NCBI GenBank assembly: GCA_035535495.1
Contig: DATLQA010000272.1
Location: forward strand, 15,452 to 79,451
From: Actinomycetota bacterium
GTDB lineage: Bacteria; Actinomycetota; CALGFH01
Direction of reading: 5' to 3'
Length of the DNA stretch: 64,000 nt
Each line of letters opens with the position of its first letter. Position 1 is the first letter of the stretch. The translations under genes and the position numbers were made by a program. The notes below the pieces were generated by a model that saw only the letters and a program-made list of their open reading frames with translations, had not been told where the DNA came from and made no database searches. This document shows positions 55,271 through 64,000 of this stretch, one piece after another.

Positions 55271-57619
55271 ATGGCAGAGCAGCAACCAGCGGCGGGACCC
55301 CGGGGGCTCACGGTCGACGGTGAGCAGTCCGGGTTTCCCAGCGTGCCCGCGGACGCCGAGAGCGACGCCGACGGCGGGATGGCGGCCGCGCTCACCAGGC
55401 CGTACGACACGGCGCCGCCGCCGGAGCCCGACATCGAGCCGCTGCTGCGCCGCCTGAAGCACCGCAACCCCAGGGCGGACCTGGCGCTGGTGCGCCGCGC
55501 CTGGGAGGTCGCCAAGGCCAAGCACGACGGCCAGCTGCGCTCCTCCGGCCAGGCGTTCATCGCCCACCCGCTCGCCGTCGCCAACATCGTCGCCGACCTC
55601 GGCATGGACGCCATCAGCGTGGTCGCCGCCCTGCTGCACGACACCGTCGAGGACACCTCCATGACCATCGAAGAGGTCGAGCAGCAGTTCGGCGTGGAGG
55701 TGGCCCGGATCACCGACGGGCTCACCAAGCTGGAGCGGATGGGCTTCGAGACCCGCGAGGCGGCCCAGGCGGAGACCATCCGCAAGATGGTCATCGCCAT
55801 GGCCCGCGACATCCGCGTGCTGGTGATCAAGCTCGCCGACCGGCTGTCGAACATGCGCGACCTCGGCTACAAGGGACGCGAGAGCCAGGAGCGCACCGCC
55901 CGCGAGACGCTCGACATCTACGGCCCGCTGGCCAACCGCCTCGGCATCCACCAGATCAAGTGGGAGCTCGAGGACCTGGCGTTCGCGACCCTGTACCCCA
56001 AGCGGTACGAGGAGATCGTGCGGATGACGGCCGAGCGGCAGCCGGCCCGCGAGACCTACATCACCGAGGTCATCGAGCAGATCAACGCCCAGCTCCGCGC
56101 CGTGAGGCTACGGGCGGAGGTGACCGGCAGGCCGAAGCACTACTACTCCATCTACGAGAAGATGGTGCTGCGCGGCAAGGAGTTCTCCGACATCTTCGAC
56201 CTGGTCGGCGTGCGCATCACCGTCGACTCGATCAAGGACTGCTACGCCGCGCTCGGGCAGGTCCACGCGCTCTGGAAGCCGGTGCCGGGGCGCTTCAAGG
56301 ACTACATCGCGATGCCCAAGTTCAACCTCTACCAGTCGTTGCACACCACCGTGGTGGGGCCGGGCGGCAAGCCGCTCGAGATCCAGATCCGCACCAAGGT
56401 GATGCACCAGACGGCCGAGTACGGCATCGCCGCCCACTGGCGCTACAAGGACAAGGGCAAGGACGGCCGCGCCTCGACCGACGACATGGGCTGGCTGCGC
56501 CAGCTGATCGACTGGCAGCGGGAGCTGTCCGACCCCAAGGACTTCATCGAGAACCTCAAGACCGACCTGTACGTCGACGAGGTCTTCGTGTTCACCCCCA
56601 AGGGCGACGTGATCCAGCTCCCGGCGGGGGCGACCCCGATCGACTTCGCCTACGCGGTCCACACCGAGGTCGGCCACCGCTGCGTCGGCGCCCGCGTCAA
56701 CAAGCGGCTGGTCCCGCTCGAGTACGCCCTGCAGAACGGCGACACCGTCGAGGTGTTCACCTCCAAGGCGCGCAACGCCGGCCCGTCGCGGGACTGGCTG
56801 TCGATCGTCAAGACCCCGCGGGCGCGCAACAAGATCCGCCAGTGGTTTTCCAAGGAGCGCCGCGAGGACGCCATCGAGGCGGGCAAGGACGCGCTGGTGC
56901 GGGCGATGCGCAAGGCCGGCCTGCCGCTGCAGCGCCTGACCCAGGGCGGGACCCTGGCGGCGGTCGCCTCGGAGATGCGCTTCACCGGCCTGGACGCGCT
57001 CTACGCGGCGGTCGGCTCCGGGCAGACCTCGGCCGCCGCGGTGGTGACCCGCCTGCAGGCCGACCTCGGCGCGGAGGAGCAGGAGGACGACGACGACTTC
57101 GCGCTGGAGCGGGCGGTGCGCCCGGCCCGGCCGCTGCCGTCCAGCCGTGGCGTGGTGGTCAAGGGCGTCGACGACGTCTGGATCAAGCTGGCGCGATGCT
57201 GCACCCCGGTGCCGCGCGACCCGATCATCGGCTTCGTCACCAGGGGGCACGGCGTCAGCGTCCACCGGGCCGACTGTCCCAACGCCGGCGACCTGGGCCG
57301 CCACGCCAACCGGCTGCTGGAGGTCGAGTGGGACACCTCCGGGCCGTCGTCGTTCGCGGTCACCATCCAGGTCGAGGCGCTGGACCGGACCAAGCTGCTG
57401 CGCGACATCACCGAGGTGCTCTCCGACCATCACGTCAACATCGTCTCGGCGACCGTGGCCACCGGCAGGGACCGGGTCGCGACCCTGCGCTTCACCTTCG
57501 AGCTGGCGGAGATCTCCCATCTCGCCCACGTGCTGTCGAGCGTGAAGAAGGTCGAGGGCGTGTTCGACGCCTTCCGGGTGGTGCCGCACGGGCAGCAGCA
57601 ACCGGTCGCGGGGAGCTGA
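55271..57619 (+). CDS. relA: Bifunctional (p)ppGpp synthetase/hydrolase Rel
   Basis: HD motif [40 protein letters not shown] (TPIDFAY), ACT domain. Confidence 0.97.
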   Translation: MAEQQPAAGPRGLTVDGEQSGFPSVPADAESDADGGMAAALTRPYDTAPPPEPDIEPLLRRLKHRNPRADLALVRRAWEVAKAKHDGQLRSSGQAFIAHPLAVANIVADLGMDAISVVAALLHDTVEDTSMTIEEVEQQFGVEVARITDGLTKLERMGFETREAAQAETIRKMVIAMARDIRVLVIKLADRLSNMRDLGYKGRESQERTARETLDIYGPLANRLGIHQIKWELEDLAFATLYPKRYEEIVRMTAERQPARETYITEVIEQINAQLRAVRLRAEVTGRPKHYYSIYEKMVLRGKEFSDIFDLVGVRITVDSIKDCYAALGQVHALWKPVPGRFKDYIAMPKFNLYQSLHTTVVGPGGKPLEIQIRTKVMHQTAEYGIAAHWRYKDKGKDGRASTDDMGWLRQLIDWQRELSDPKDFIENLKTDLYVDEVFVFTPKGDVIQLPAGATPIDFAYAVHTEVGHRCVGARVNKRLVPLEYALQNGDTVEVFTSKARNAGPSRDWLSIVKTPRARNKIRQWFSKERREDAIEAGKDALVRAMRKAGLPLQRLTQGGTLAAVASEMRFTGLDALYAAVGSGQTSAAAVVTRLQADLGAEEQEDDDDFALERAVRPARPLPSSRGVVVKGVDDVWIKLARCCTPVPRDPIIGFVTRGHGVSVHRADCPNAGDLGRHANRLLEVEWDTSGPSSFAVTIQVEALDRTKLLRDITEVLSDHHVNIVSATVATGRDRVATLRFTFELAEISHLAHVLSSVKKVEGVFDAFRVVPHGQQQPVAGS

Positions 57620-57624
57620 CCGGT

Positions 57625-58074
57625 CTGCGCGCGGTGGTGTCCCGGGTCGCCTGGGCCCGTGTGGTGGTCGCCCACCAGGTCATCGGGGAGATCGGGCCTG
57701 GGCTGCTGACCCTGGTCGGGGTCGGGCGCGACGACGGCCCCGCCGAGGCCGCCTGGCTCGCCGACAAGCTGGCGGGCCTCCGCGTGTTCGAGGATGACCA
57801 CGGCGTGCCCAACCGCGACGTGGTCGAGGCCGGTGGCGGGGTCCTGGTGGTCAGCCAGTTCACCCTGTACGGCGACGCCCGCAGGGGCCGCCGCCCCTCC
57901 TACCTGGCGGCGGCACGCCCGGAGGAGGCCGCCACCCTGGTGGAGGCCGTCGGCGACGCCCTCGCCGCCCGTGGCCTGGCCGTCGGCCGGGGCCGCTTCG
58001 GCGCCGTCATGCGGGTCGAGTCCGCCGGCGACGGGCCGTTCACCATCCTGCTCGACAGCGACCGGACGTTCTAA
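57625..58074 (+). CDS. dtd: D-aminoacyl-tRNA deacylase (apparent CTG start)
   Basis: (M)RAVVSRV, GLLTLVGV, KLAGLRVF, VVSQFTLYGD, GRRPS, FGAVM, DGPFT. Confidence 0.92.
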   Translation: MRAVVSRVAWARVVVAHQVIGEIGPGLLTLVGVGRDDGPAEAAWLADKLAGLRVFEDDHGVPNRDVVEAGGGVLVVSQFTLYGDARRGRRPSYLAAARPEEAATLVEAVGDALAARGLAVGRGRFGAVMRVESAGDGPFTILLDSDRTF

Positions 58075-58075
58075 G

Positions 58076-58230
58076 ACTGCCCCGCAGGGAGGGTGACTGA
58101 GAAGGCTCCGCGGCGGCGCGGCTCGTTGTGCTCGGGCTGGAGGGCGACGTCACGGTGGTGGGCGCACGGAGGACCATGGTGCTGGCTTCCTGTCCGGGAC
58201 GAACTACGACTGCCCCGCAGGTGGGGCGAC
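58076..58230 (+). mobile_element. ~155-bp element with direct terminal repeats (family 2, full copy B)
   Basis: ACTGCCCCGCAGG(G/T)-GGG(T/C)GAC at 58076 and 58209; interior homologous to the reverse complement of 44803-44958. Confidence 0.65.
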
Positions 58231-58344
58231 TCGGACGGATGGCGGGCGGCTCGCTCCTGCTCGGCATTGACAAACCTGCACCCGCAACTATGGTCGAAGC
58301 TTCGTGAGGACCGGGTCGCTCCCGGATCGGAAGTGAGCTAGGTC

Positions 58345-60864
58345 GTGAGCGGCGGATCTGAGAAGGGGCGCGGGGTGGCGGCGCGGTGGCGCCTCGCCGC
58401 GCAGGCGGCCCGTGACGCCGTCCTAGCCGGCCGTGACGCCGTCCTTGCCGGGCAGCCCGGTGGCCGCGAGGTGGCCGCCAGCCTCGGCCAGGTGCTCGCC
58501 GACAGCCCCGCCCAGCCGTTCCTGCTCCACCTCACCGAGCACGCCGACGAGCTGGTCGGCCGGACGGTCGAGCTGGCCGACGCCCAGGCCGCCCTGGAGC
58601 GCGGCAGCCGGGGCGAGGAGGACGCCTCGCCGGTGGTGGTGGTCAACGGGCCGCCAGGGATCGGCACCTCGGCCGTTGCCGTGCAGCTGGCGCGCTGGGC
58701 CAGGCCGCTGTTCCCCGACGGCCAGCTCGCCGTCGACCTCGGCCAGCCAGGCGGCGCCGTCGGCCCTGGCGACGCGCTCAGCGAGCTGCTGCAGGCGCTC
58801 GGCGCGCGGCCGCGGGAGGTCCCGGACGACCTGCTCGAGCGGGTCAGGCGCTACCGCTCCCTGCTCGCCGACCGGCGTGCCCTGGTGCTGGTCGAGCGGG
58901 CGGCCGACGCCGAGCAGGTGCGCGCCCTGCTGCCGGGCAACCCTGGCTGCGCCATGATCGTGACCACCAGGACGCCGCTCGGCGGCCTCGCGACCGCCGC
59001 CCGCTGCCGGCTCGGCCCGCTGCCCGAGCGCGACGCGATCGAGCTGCTCGCCCGGACGGTCGGCCGGCGCCGGGTGGACGACGACCCCGCCGCCGCGCTG
59101 GCCATCGTCCGCTGGTGCGGCCGGCACCCCCTGGCCGTCCGGGTGCTCGGCGCCTGGATGCGCCAGCAGGCCGGCGAGGCCCTGCCGCTCGACCGGATCG
59201 CCGAGGACCTGCGCGACCGCGGCACGCCGGGCACCGGCGACCAGCAGCGCGTCGCCGCCAGCCTGGAGATCGCCAACCGGTTCCTGTCCGGCGAGGCCAA
59301 GCGGGTCCTCCGCCACCTCGGCCTGCTGCCAGCCGCCGAGCTCGGCACCAGTGTGGTCGCGGCGCTGACCGGGGCCACCGAGGAGGCGGCGGAGCGCAGC
59401 CTGACGGAGCTGGCCGCGGGGGGGCTGGTGGACCCGGTCGGGGCTGAGCGTGCCCGTTGGCGCGTCCACGAGCTGGTGTGGCAGTTCGCCGCGGACAAGG
59501 CGGCGCGGCAGGAGCCGGCCGAACTGCGGCGGGCCGCCTGCCAGCGGTTGCTCGCCTTCTACATCGACCAGGCCGACCTGGCCGGGGCCGGCGGCGCGGT
59601 CGGCGTGCAGGAGCGGCTGGACTGGCTGGAGCACGAGCGGGCCAACCTGGTCGCCGCCGTCGACCTGGCCGGTTCCGAGCAGCTCGCCGAGGAGGCCTGG
59701 CGGCTGGCCGTGCGCTGCGCCCGCTTCCTCGACGCGCGCCACTACTGGGACGCCTGGCTGCGCACGGCCGAGCGCGGCGTGGCGGCAGCCACCGAGCTGG
59801 CCAGCCCCGCCGCGGAGGCGGCCGCGTACGAGAACCTGGGCGACGCCCACCTGCGACGTGGCCGGATCGACGACGCGGTGGGGTGCTACGAGCGCAGCGT
59901 GGCGCTGTGGCGGGAGCGCGGCGACAGCGCCGGGCTGGCCCGCTCCCTGGCCGGGCTCGGCAGCGCCCACGAGCGGCGCGGCCAGCTCGGCAAGGCGGTC
60001 GCCTGCTATGACGAGAGCCTGGAGCTCCGTCGTGACCTCGACGACGTGCGCGCCACCGCCTGGGCGCTCGAGCGCCTCGGCGGCGCCCACCGCGAGTGGC
60101 AGGGCCACAACCAGGCGGTCAACGCCTACCGGGAGAGCCTCCGCCTCTACCAGGCGCGGGGCGACCGCACCAGTGAGGCCAGGGTCCGCACCGAGCTGGG
60201 CATCACCTACCAGCAGCAAGGGGACTCCAAGCGCGCCCTGCGGGAACTCAGCCGCAGCCTGCGCATCCACGGTGAGCTCGGTGACGACCAGGGTGCCGCC
60301 TTCGTCCTGGGCCACCTCGGCGAGGTCCAGCACGAGCTGGGCCAGCACGCCGAGGCCATCCGGATGTTCAAGCAGGGCCAGGTGCTGGCCCGCTCCCTCG
60401 GGGACCGGCCGGGCGAGATCGTCGCGCTGCGCCGGCTCGGCGAGGTCCAGCGGGAGGTGGGCCAGGACGAGGAGGCGGCGGCGTCGTTCGAGCAGAGCGC
60501 GGAGGTCGCCCGCCAGCTGGGCGACCGGGCGGCGGAGGCGCTGTCCCTGCTCCGTCTCGGCATGCACCGGCTGGCCGCACGGCAGCCGCGGGCCGCGGTC
60601 GAGGCGCTCCGGCGGGCCTTGGACCTGGCTCGGAGCCTCGGCGACCGGGTCGCCGAGGCCCACGTCCTCGAACAGCTCGGCCTGGCCCACCTCGAACTCG
60701 GGGAGCTCGGCAAGGCCGCCACCGCCTTCGATGCCAGCAAGGCCGTCTACCAGCGCCTGGGAGACAGCGAACGCGCCGCCGTGGTGGCGGCGCGCCTCGA
60801 CCGGGCGCTGGCCGCCGGCGCCCGCCTCGGCGAGCCGCCGGGCGGCGACGGCTCAGCTAGGTGA
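58345..60864 (+). CDS. NB-ARC-like (STAND) NTPase with TPR array, degenerate Walker motifs
   Basis: VNGPPGIGTS, GQLAVDL, RYRSLLADRRALVLV, MIVTTR, CGRHPLAV, HELV, then about 8-9 TPRs. Confidence 0.85.
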   Translation: MSGGSEKGRGVAARWRLAAQAARDAVLAGRDAVLAGQPGGREVAASLGQVLADSPAQPFLLHLTEHADELVGRTVELADAQAALERGSRGEEDASPVVVVNGPPGIGTSAVAVQLARWARPLFPDGQLAVDLGQPGGAVGPGDALSELLQALGARPREVPDDLLERVRRYRSLLADRRALVLVERAADAEQVRALLPGNPGCAMIVTTRTPLGGLATAARCRLGPLPERDAIELLARTVGRRRVDDDPAAALAIVRWCGRHPLAVRVLGAWMRQQAGEALPLDRIAEDLRDRGTPGTGDQQRVAASLEIANRFLSGEAKRVLRHLGLLPAAELGTSVVAALTGATEEAAERSLTELAAGGLVDPVGAERARWRVHELVWQFAADKAARQEPAELRRAACQRLLAFYIDQADLAGAGGAVGVQERLDWLEHERANLVAAVDLAGSEQLAEEAWRLAVRCARFLDARHYWDAWLRTAERGVAAATELASPAAEAAAYENLGDAHLRRGRIDDAVGCYERSVALWRERGDSAGLARSLAGLGSAHERRGQLGKAVACYDESLELRRDLDDVRATAWALERLGGAHREWQGHNQAVNAYRESLRLYQARGDRTSEARVRTELGITYQQQGDSKRALRELSRSLRIHGELGDDQGAAFVLGHLGEVQHELGQHAEAIRMFKQGQVLARSLGDRPGEIVALRRLGEVQREVGQDEEAAASFEQSAEVARQLGDRAAEALSLLRLGMHRLAARQPRAAVEALRRALDLARSLGDRVAEAHVLEQLGLAHLELGELGKAATAFDASKAVYQRLGDSERAAVVAARLDRALAAGARLGEPPGGDGSAR

Positions 60865-61660
60865 TCGACACCGCCACCTTCTCGATCCAGACGGCCTCGG
60901 TGGGGGTGTCGCCGCGCTCGCCACCGACCTGGATCTTGGCGATCTTGTCGACCACGTCCTGGCCCTTGATGACCTTGCCGAACAGCGTGTAGTTGGACGG
61001 CAGCCGGTTGTCCTGGGTGGAGATGAAGAACTGGCTGCCGCCGCTGTCCGGCCCGGAGTTGGCCATCGCCACCGTGTACTTCTTGTACGGGTTCTTGCCC
61101 GTGGGCAGCTCGTCCGGGATGGTGTAGCCGGGCCCGCCTTCGCCGGTGCCCTGCGGGTCGCCGCCCTGGATCACCCCGATGTTGTCCTTGCCGCCCGGCA
61201 CGATCCGGTGGAACCAGGTCGAGTCGTAGAAGTGGCGCTGCGCCAGGAAGATGAAGTTGAAGGTGGTGGTCGGCGCCGCCTTAGGGTCGAGCAGCAGGGT
61301 CACCGGGCCGCACGAGGTCGTCAGCGTCACCTCGTAGCGCTGGTTGGGCTGGGCCTGGCTCTTGGGGAGGCGGTCCAGCTTGGGGCGGTTCACCTTCGGC
61401 GGGGTGGTGCCGCCGCAGGCGACCGCGGCGGGCGCGGTGGGCACGTCCACGCGGGCGTCCTGGGCGGCGGCCGTGGCCTTCGGTGCGGGCTTGTCGCCCG
61501 CCCGCAGCAGGCCGCCGACCACCGCGAGGACCACCACGACCACGCCGATCGACCCGTACAGCAGCACCGCCCTGCGGCGGCGCGCCCGGCGGCGCTCGGC
61601 CTCCCGTCTCGCCTTCAGTCGGGCCAGTTCACGGCGGCGGGTCTGGCTGGCGCTCGGCAT
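60857..61660 (-). CDS. Membrane-anchored cyclophilin-type peptidyl-prolyl isomerase
   Basis: Basic N-tail plus TM, FYDSTWFHR, IQGGDP, AMANSGPDSGGSQFFI, YTLFGKV. Confidence 0.92.
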   Translation of the reverse strand: MPSASQTRRRELARLKARREAERRRARRRRAVLLYGSIGVVVVVLAVVGGLLRAGDKPAPKATAAAQDARVDVPTAPAAVACGGTTPPKVNRPKLDRLPKSQAQPNQRYEVTLTTSCGPVTLLLDPKAAPTTTFNFIFLAQRHFYDSTWFHRIVPGGKDNIGVIQGGDPQGTGEGGPGYTIPDELPTGKNPYKKYTVAMANSGPDSGGSQFFISTQDNRLPSNYTLFGKVIKGQDVVDKIAKIQVGGERGDTPTEAVWIEKVAVSIT

Positions 61661-61769
61661 GCTTCCTCTCCACGTACGGCAGGCGTCTGACCGGCGGGCG
61701 CCGGCGCGGCGGCCGCGCCCACCAAGGAGTCTAACCAGGCTCACGCCACACCGTGACCCCGAGGGGTCG

Positions 61770-61856
61770 ATCCATCCGGGGCTACCGCTTCGCTCCTTGA
61801 GCCCCGGACCCCTATCCATCCGGGGCTACCGCTTCGCTCCTTGAGCCCCGGACCCC
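61770..61856. repeat. Two tandem copies of a 43-bp palindromic REP-like unit (44-bp period)
   Basis: ATCCATCCGGGGCTACCGCTTCGCTCCTTGAGCCCCGGACCCC twice; each has a 9-bp stem TCCGGGGCT/AGCCCCGGA. Confidence 0.92.
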
Positions 61857-61917
61857 CAGTAGACTCTGGACCGGCCCATCCGAGGGCGCCCGCCGCCCGC
61901 GACCAGACCGCCGCGAC

Positions 61918-62583
61918 ATGCTGATCGCCTCGTTCCCAGCCGGGACCTTCCAGACCAACTGCTACCTGGTCGCCGACTCCGCCGGCGCCGAGGCGCTGGT
62001 CATCGACCCCGGGCAGGACGCCATGCCCGGCATCGAGGAGCTCTGCGCCGAGCACCGCCTGCGGCCGGTGGCGGTGCTGCTCACCCACGGCCACCTCGAC
62101 CACCTCTGGTCGGTCGCGCCGCTGGCCGGCTCGCACGGGATCCCCGCCTGGATCCATCCACGCGACCGCCACCTGCTCACCGATCCGCTGGCCGGGGTCG
62201 GCCCCGAGCTGCGCGCCATGCTGCCAGGGCTGGAGCTGGCCGAGCCGGACGACGTCCGCGAGCTGGCCGACGGGCAGGTCCTCGACCTGGCCGGCGTCCG
62301 CCTGGTGGCCGACCACACGCCCGGTCACACCCCCGGCCACGTCACCTTCCGCGACGAGCAGGTGCTGTTCGCCGGGGACCTGGTGTTCGCCGGGTCGATC
62401 GGCCGGACCGACCTGCCCGGCGGCTCGCTGCCGGAGATGCTGGCCTCGCTCGCCGGGCGCTTCCTGACCCTCCCCGACGAGCTGCAGGTGCTCCCCGGCC
62501 ACGGGCCGGCCACCACGGTCGGGCGCGAACGCGCCAGCAACCCGTTCCTGGCCGGGCTCGAGGCGTCCGAGGAGCGTCGGTGA
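61918..62583 (+). CDS. MBL-fold metallo-hydrolase (glyoxalase II-like)
   Basis: TNCYLV, IDPG, LTHGHLDH, TPGHTPG, FAGD, GRTDLPGG, LPGHG. Confidence 0.93.
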   Translation: MLIASFPAGTFQTNCYLVADSAGAEALVIDPGQDAMPGIEELCAEHRLRPVAVLLTHGHLDHLWSVAPLAGSHGIPAWIHPRDRHLLTDPLAGVGPELRAMLPGLELAEPDDVRELADGQVLDLAGVRLVADHTPGHTPGHVTFRDEQVLFAGDLVFAGSIGRTDLPGGSLPEMLASLAGRFLTLPDELQVLPGHGPATTVGRERASNPFLAGLEASEERR

Positions 62584-62671
62584 CGCCCGCGGACGTCGTT
62601 GGCCGCACGGTGAGCCACCCCGTAGGGTGGTGGTCGCCGGCCGTCCCGCCCATCGACCGAGGAGCCCGCTC

Positions 62672-64000
62672 GTGACCCGACCGCTGCTCGGCGCCATGCG
62701 CTCGCACGCCTGCGGCACGCTCCGCGCCGCCCACGCAGGCACCGAGGTGCGCCTGGCCGGCTGGATCGCCCGCCGCCGCGACCACGGCGGGGTGGTCTTC
62801 CTGGACCTCCGCGACAGCTCCGGCGTGGTGCAGCTGGTGGTCCACCCGGTCGAGGCACCGGCCGCCGCCGCGGCCGCGCACGAGGTCCGGGTCGAGGACT
62901 GCGTCCGGGTGACCGGCGCGGTCGGCATCCGGCCCGCCGGCAACGAGAACCCCGAGCTGCCCACCGGCGAGGTCGAGGTGGCAGTGGCCGACCTCGAGGT
63001 GCTCGGGCCGGCGGCCACGCCGCCGTTCCCGATCAGCGACGCGGTCGAGGTCGACGAGGTCCTCCGGCTGCGCCACCGCTACCTGGACCTGCGCCGCCCC
63101 GCCACGCGGCGAGGGCTGGAGCTGCGCGCCCACACCAACGCGGTGATCCGGCGGGTGCTGGAGTCCCACGGCTTCCTCGAGGTGGAGACCCCCTACCTGA
63201 CCCGCTCGACCCCGGAGGGCGCGCGCGACTTCCTGGTCCCGACCCACCTGCAGCCGGGCGAGTTCTACGCCCTGCCGCAGTCGCCCCAGCTGTTCAAGCA
63301 GCTGCTGATGGTGGCGGGGGTGGAGCGCTACTACCAGATCGTGCGCTGCTTCCGGGACGAGGCGCTGCGGGCCGACCGGCAGCCCGAGTTCACCCAGCTC
63401 GACGTCGAGCTGTCCTTCCTCGACGAGGAGGACGTCTACGCCCTCTGCGAGGAGCTGATGGCGGCGGTCTGGCGCGAGGCCCTCGGCGTCGAGCTGGCCG
63501 TGCCGTTCGCGCGCCTGTCCTACGCCGAGGCGATGCGCCGCTTCGGCTCGGACAAGCCCGACCTCCGCTACGGCATGGAGCTGGTCGACCTCGGCGAGGT
63601 CTTCGCCGCCACCAAGGTCGGCGTGTTCGCCGGGGCGCTCGAGGCCGGCGGGTCAGTGCTCGGCCTGGTGGTCTCCGGCGGCGCCGACCTCACCCGCAAG
63701 CAGCTCGACGCGCTCACCGCCTGGGTCCGCGAGCGGGGCGCCAAGGGCCTGGCGTGGGTGGCGGTCGAGGAGGAGGGGCTGCGCTCGCCGCTGGACAAGT
63801 TCTTCTCCGACGCCGAGCGGGCCGAGCTCCGCCGGGTCACCGGGGCGATCGCCGGCGACCTGGTGCTGGTGGTGGCCGACCGCACCCGGCTCGGCCGCGC
63901 GATCCTCGGCGAGCTGCGCACCCGCCTGGCGGCCGAGCGTGGCCTGGTGCCCGAGGGACGCTGGGCGTTCGCCTGGATCACCGAGTTCCCGATGTTCGAG
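62672..64000 (+). CDS. aspS: Aspartate--tRNA ligase, runs off window end
   Basis: RRDHGGVVFLDLRD, RLRHRYLDLRR, TPEGARDF, ALPQSPQLFKQ, RCFRDE, PEFTQLD, RFGSDKPD; GAGGAG RBS before GTG. Confidence 0.96.
   Translation, partial: MTRPLLGAMRSHACGTLRAAHAGTEVRLAGWIARRRDHGGVVFLDLRDSSGVVQLVVHPVEAPAAAAAAHEVRVEDCVRVTGAVGIRPAGNENPELPTGEVEVAVADLEVLGPAATPPFPISDAVEVDEVLRLRHRYLDLRRPATRRGLELRAHTNAVIRRVLESHGFLEVETPYLTRSTPEGARDFLVPTHLQPGEFYALPQSPQLFKQLLMVAGVERYYQIVRCFRDEALRADRQPEFTQLDVELSFLDEEDVYALCEELMAAVWREALGVELAVPFARLSYAEAMRRFGSDKPDLRYGMELVDLGEVFAATKVGVFAGALEAGGSVLGLVVSGGADLTRKQLDALTAWVRERGAKGLAWVAVEEEGLRSPLDKFFSDAERAELRRVTGAIAGDLVLVVADRTRLGRAILGELRTRLAAERGLVPEGRWAFAWITEFPMFE

Noticed and set aside
61770-61856. 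Possible mini-CRISPR
   Set aside because: Only two palindromic units separated by 1 bp; no spacer, leader or cas genes.

Overview
This is very GC-rich actinobacterial DNA (pgsA-acyltransferase-pimA block, GTG/TTG starts, long antisense shadow ORFs). About 1-29.2 kb is a Wzx/Wzy-type exopolysaccharide locus. It encodes a Wzc-like kinase, flippase, polymerase/ligase, four glycosyltransferase-type genes, a PglF/E/C-like trio, two CDP-glucose synthases, two sugar C-methyltransferases, an Asn-synthase-like amidoligase and two secreted putative glycan-processing proteins. A sat-cysC-PHP phosphatase (PAPS) module is translationally coupled into it. About 30.4-34.6 kb holds a sulfate ABC importer and an Rrf2 regulator. 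About 36-64 kb is the conserved actinobacterial backbone: EF-G2, pgsA-patA-pimA, pdxST, yebC, ruvCAB, yajC, secDF, apt, rel, dtd, cyclophilin, MBL hydrolase and partial aspS, with a few insertions. The most notable observations are: (1) probable sulfation of the polysaccharide, with no recognisable sulfotransferase in the window; (2) an exact 59-bp triplicated gene junction that creates two Arg-rich 18-aa mini-ORFs between capD and a GT4; (3) a 49-aa Pup-like peptide lacking GG(E/Q); (4) several dispersed repeat families, including a ~155-bp element with direct terminal repeats whose fragments supply stop codons, a possible RBS and a protein tail. I found no tRNA, rRNA, CRISPR array or transposase. 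All calls are from motif reading by eye; no database searches were run.
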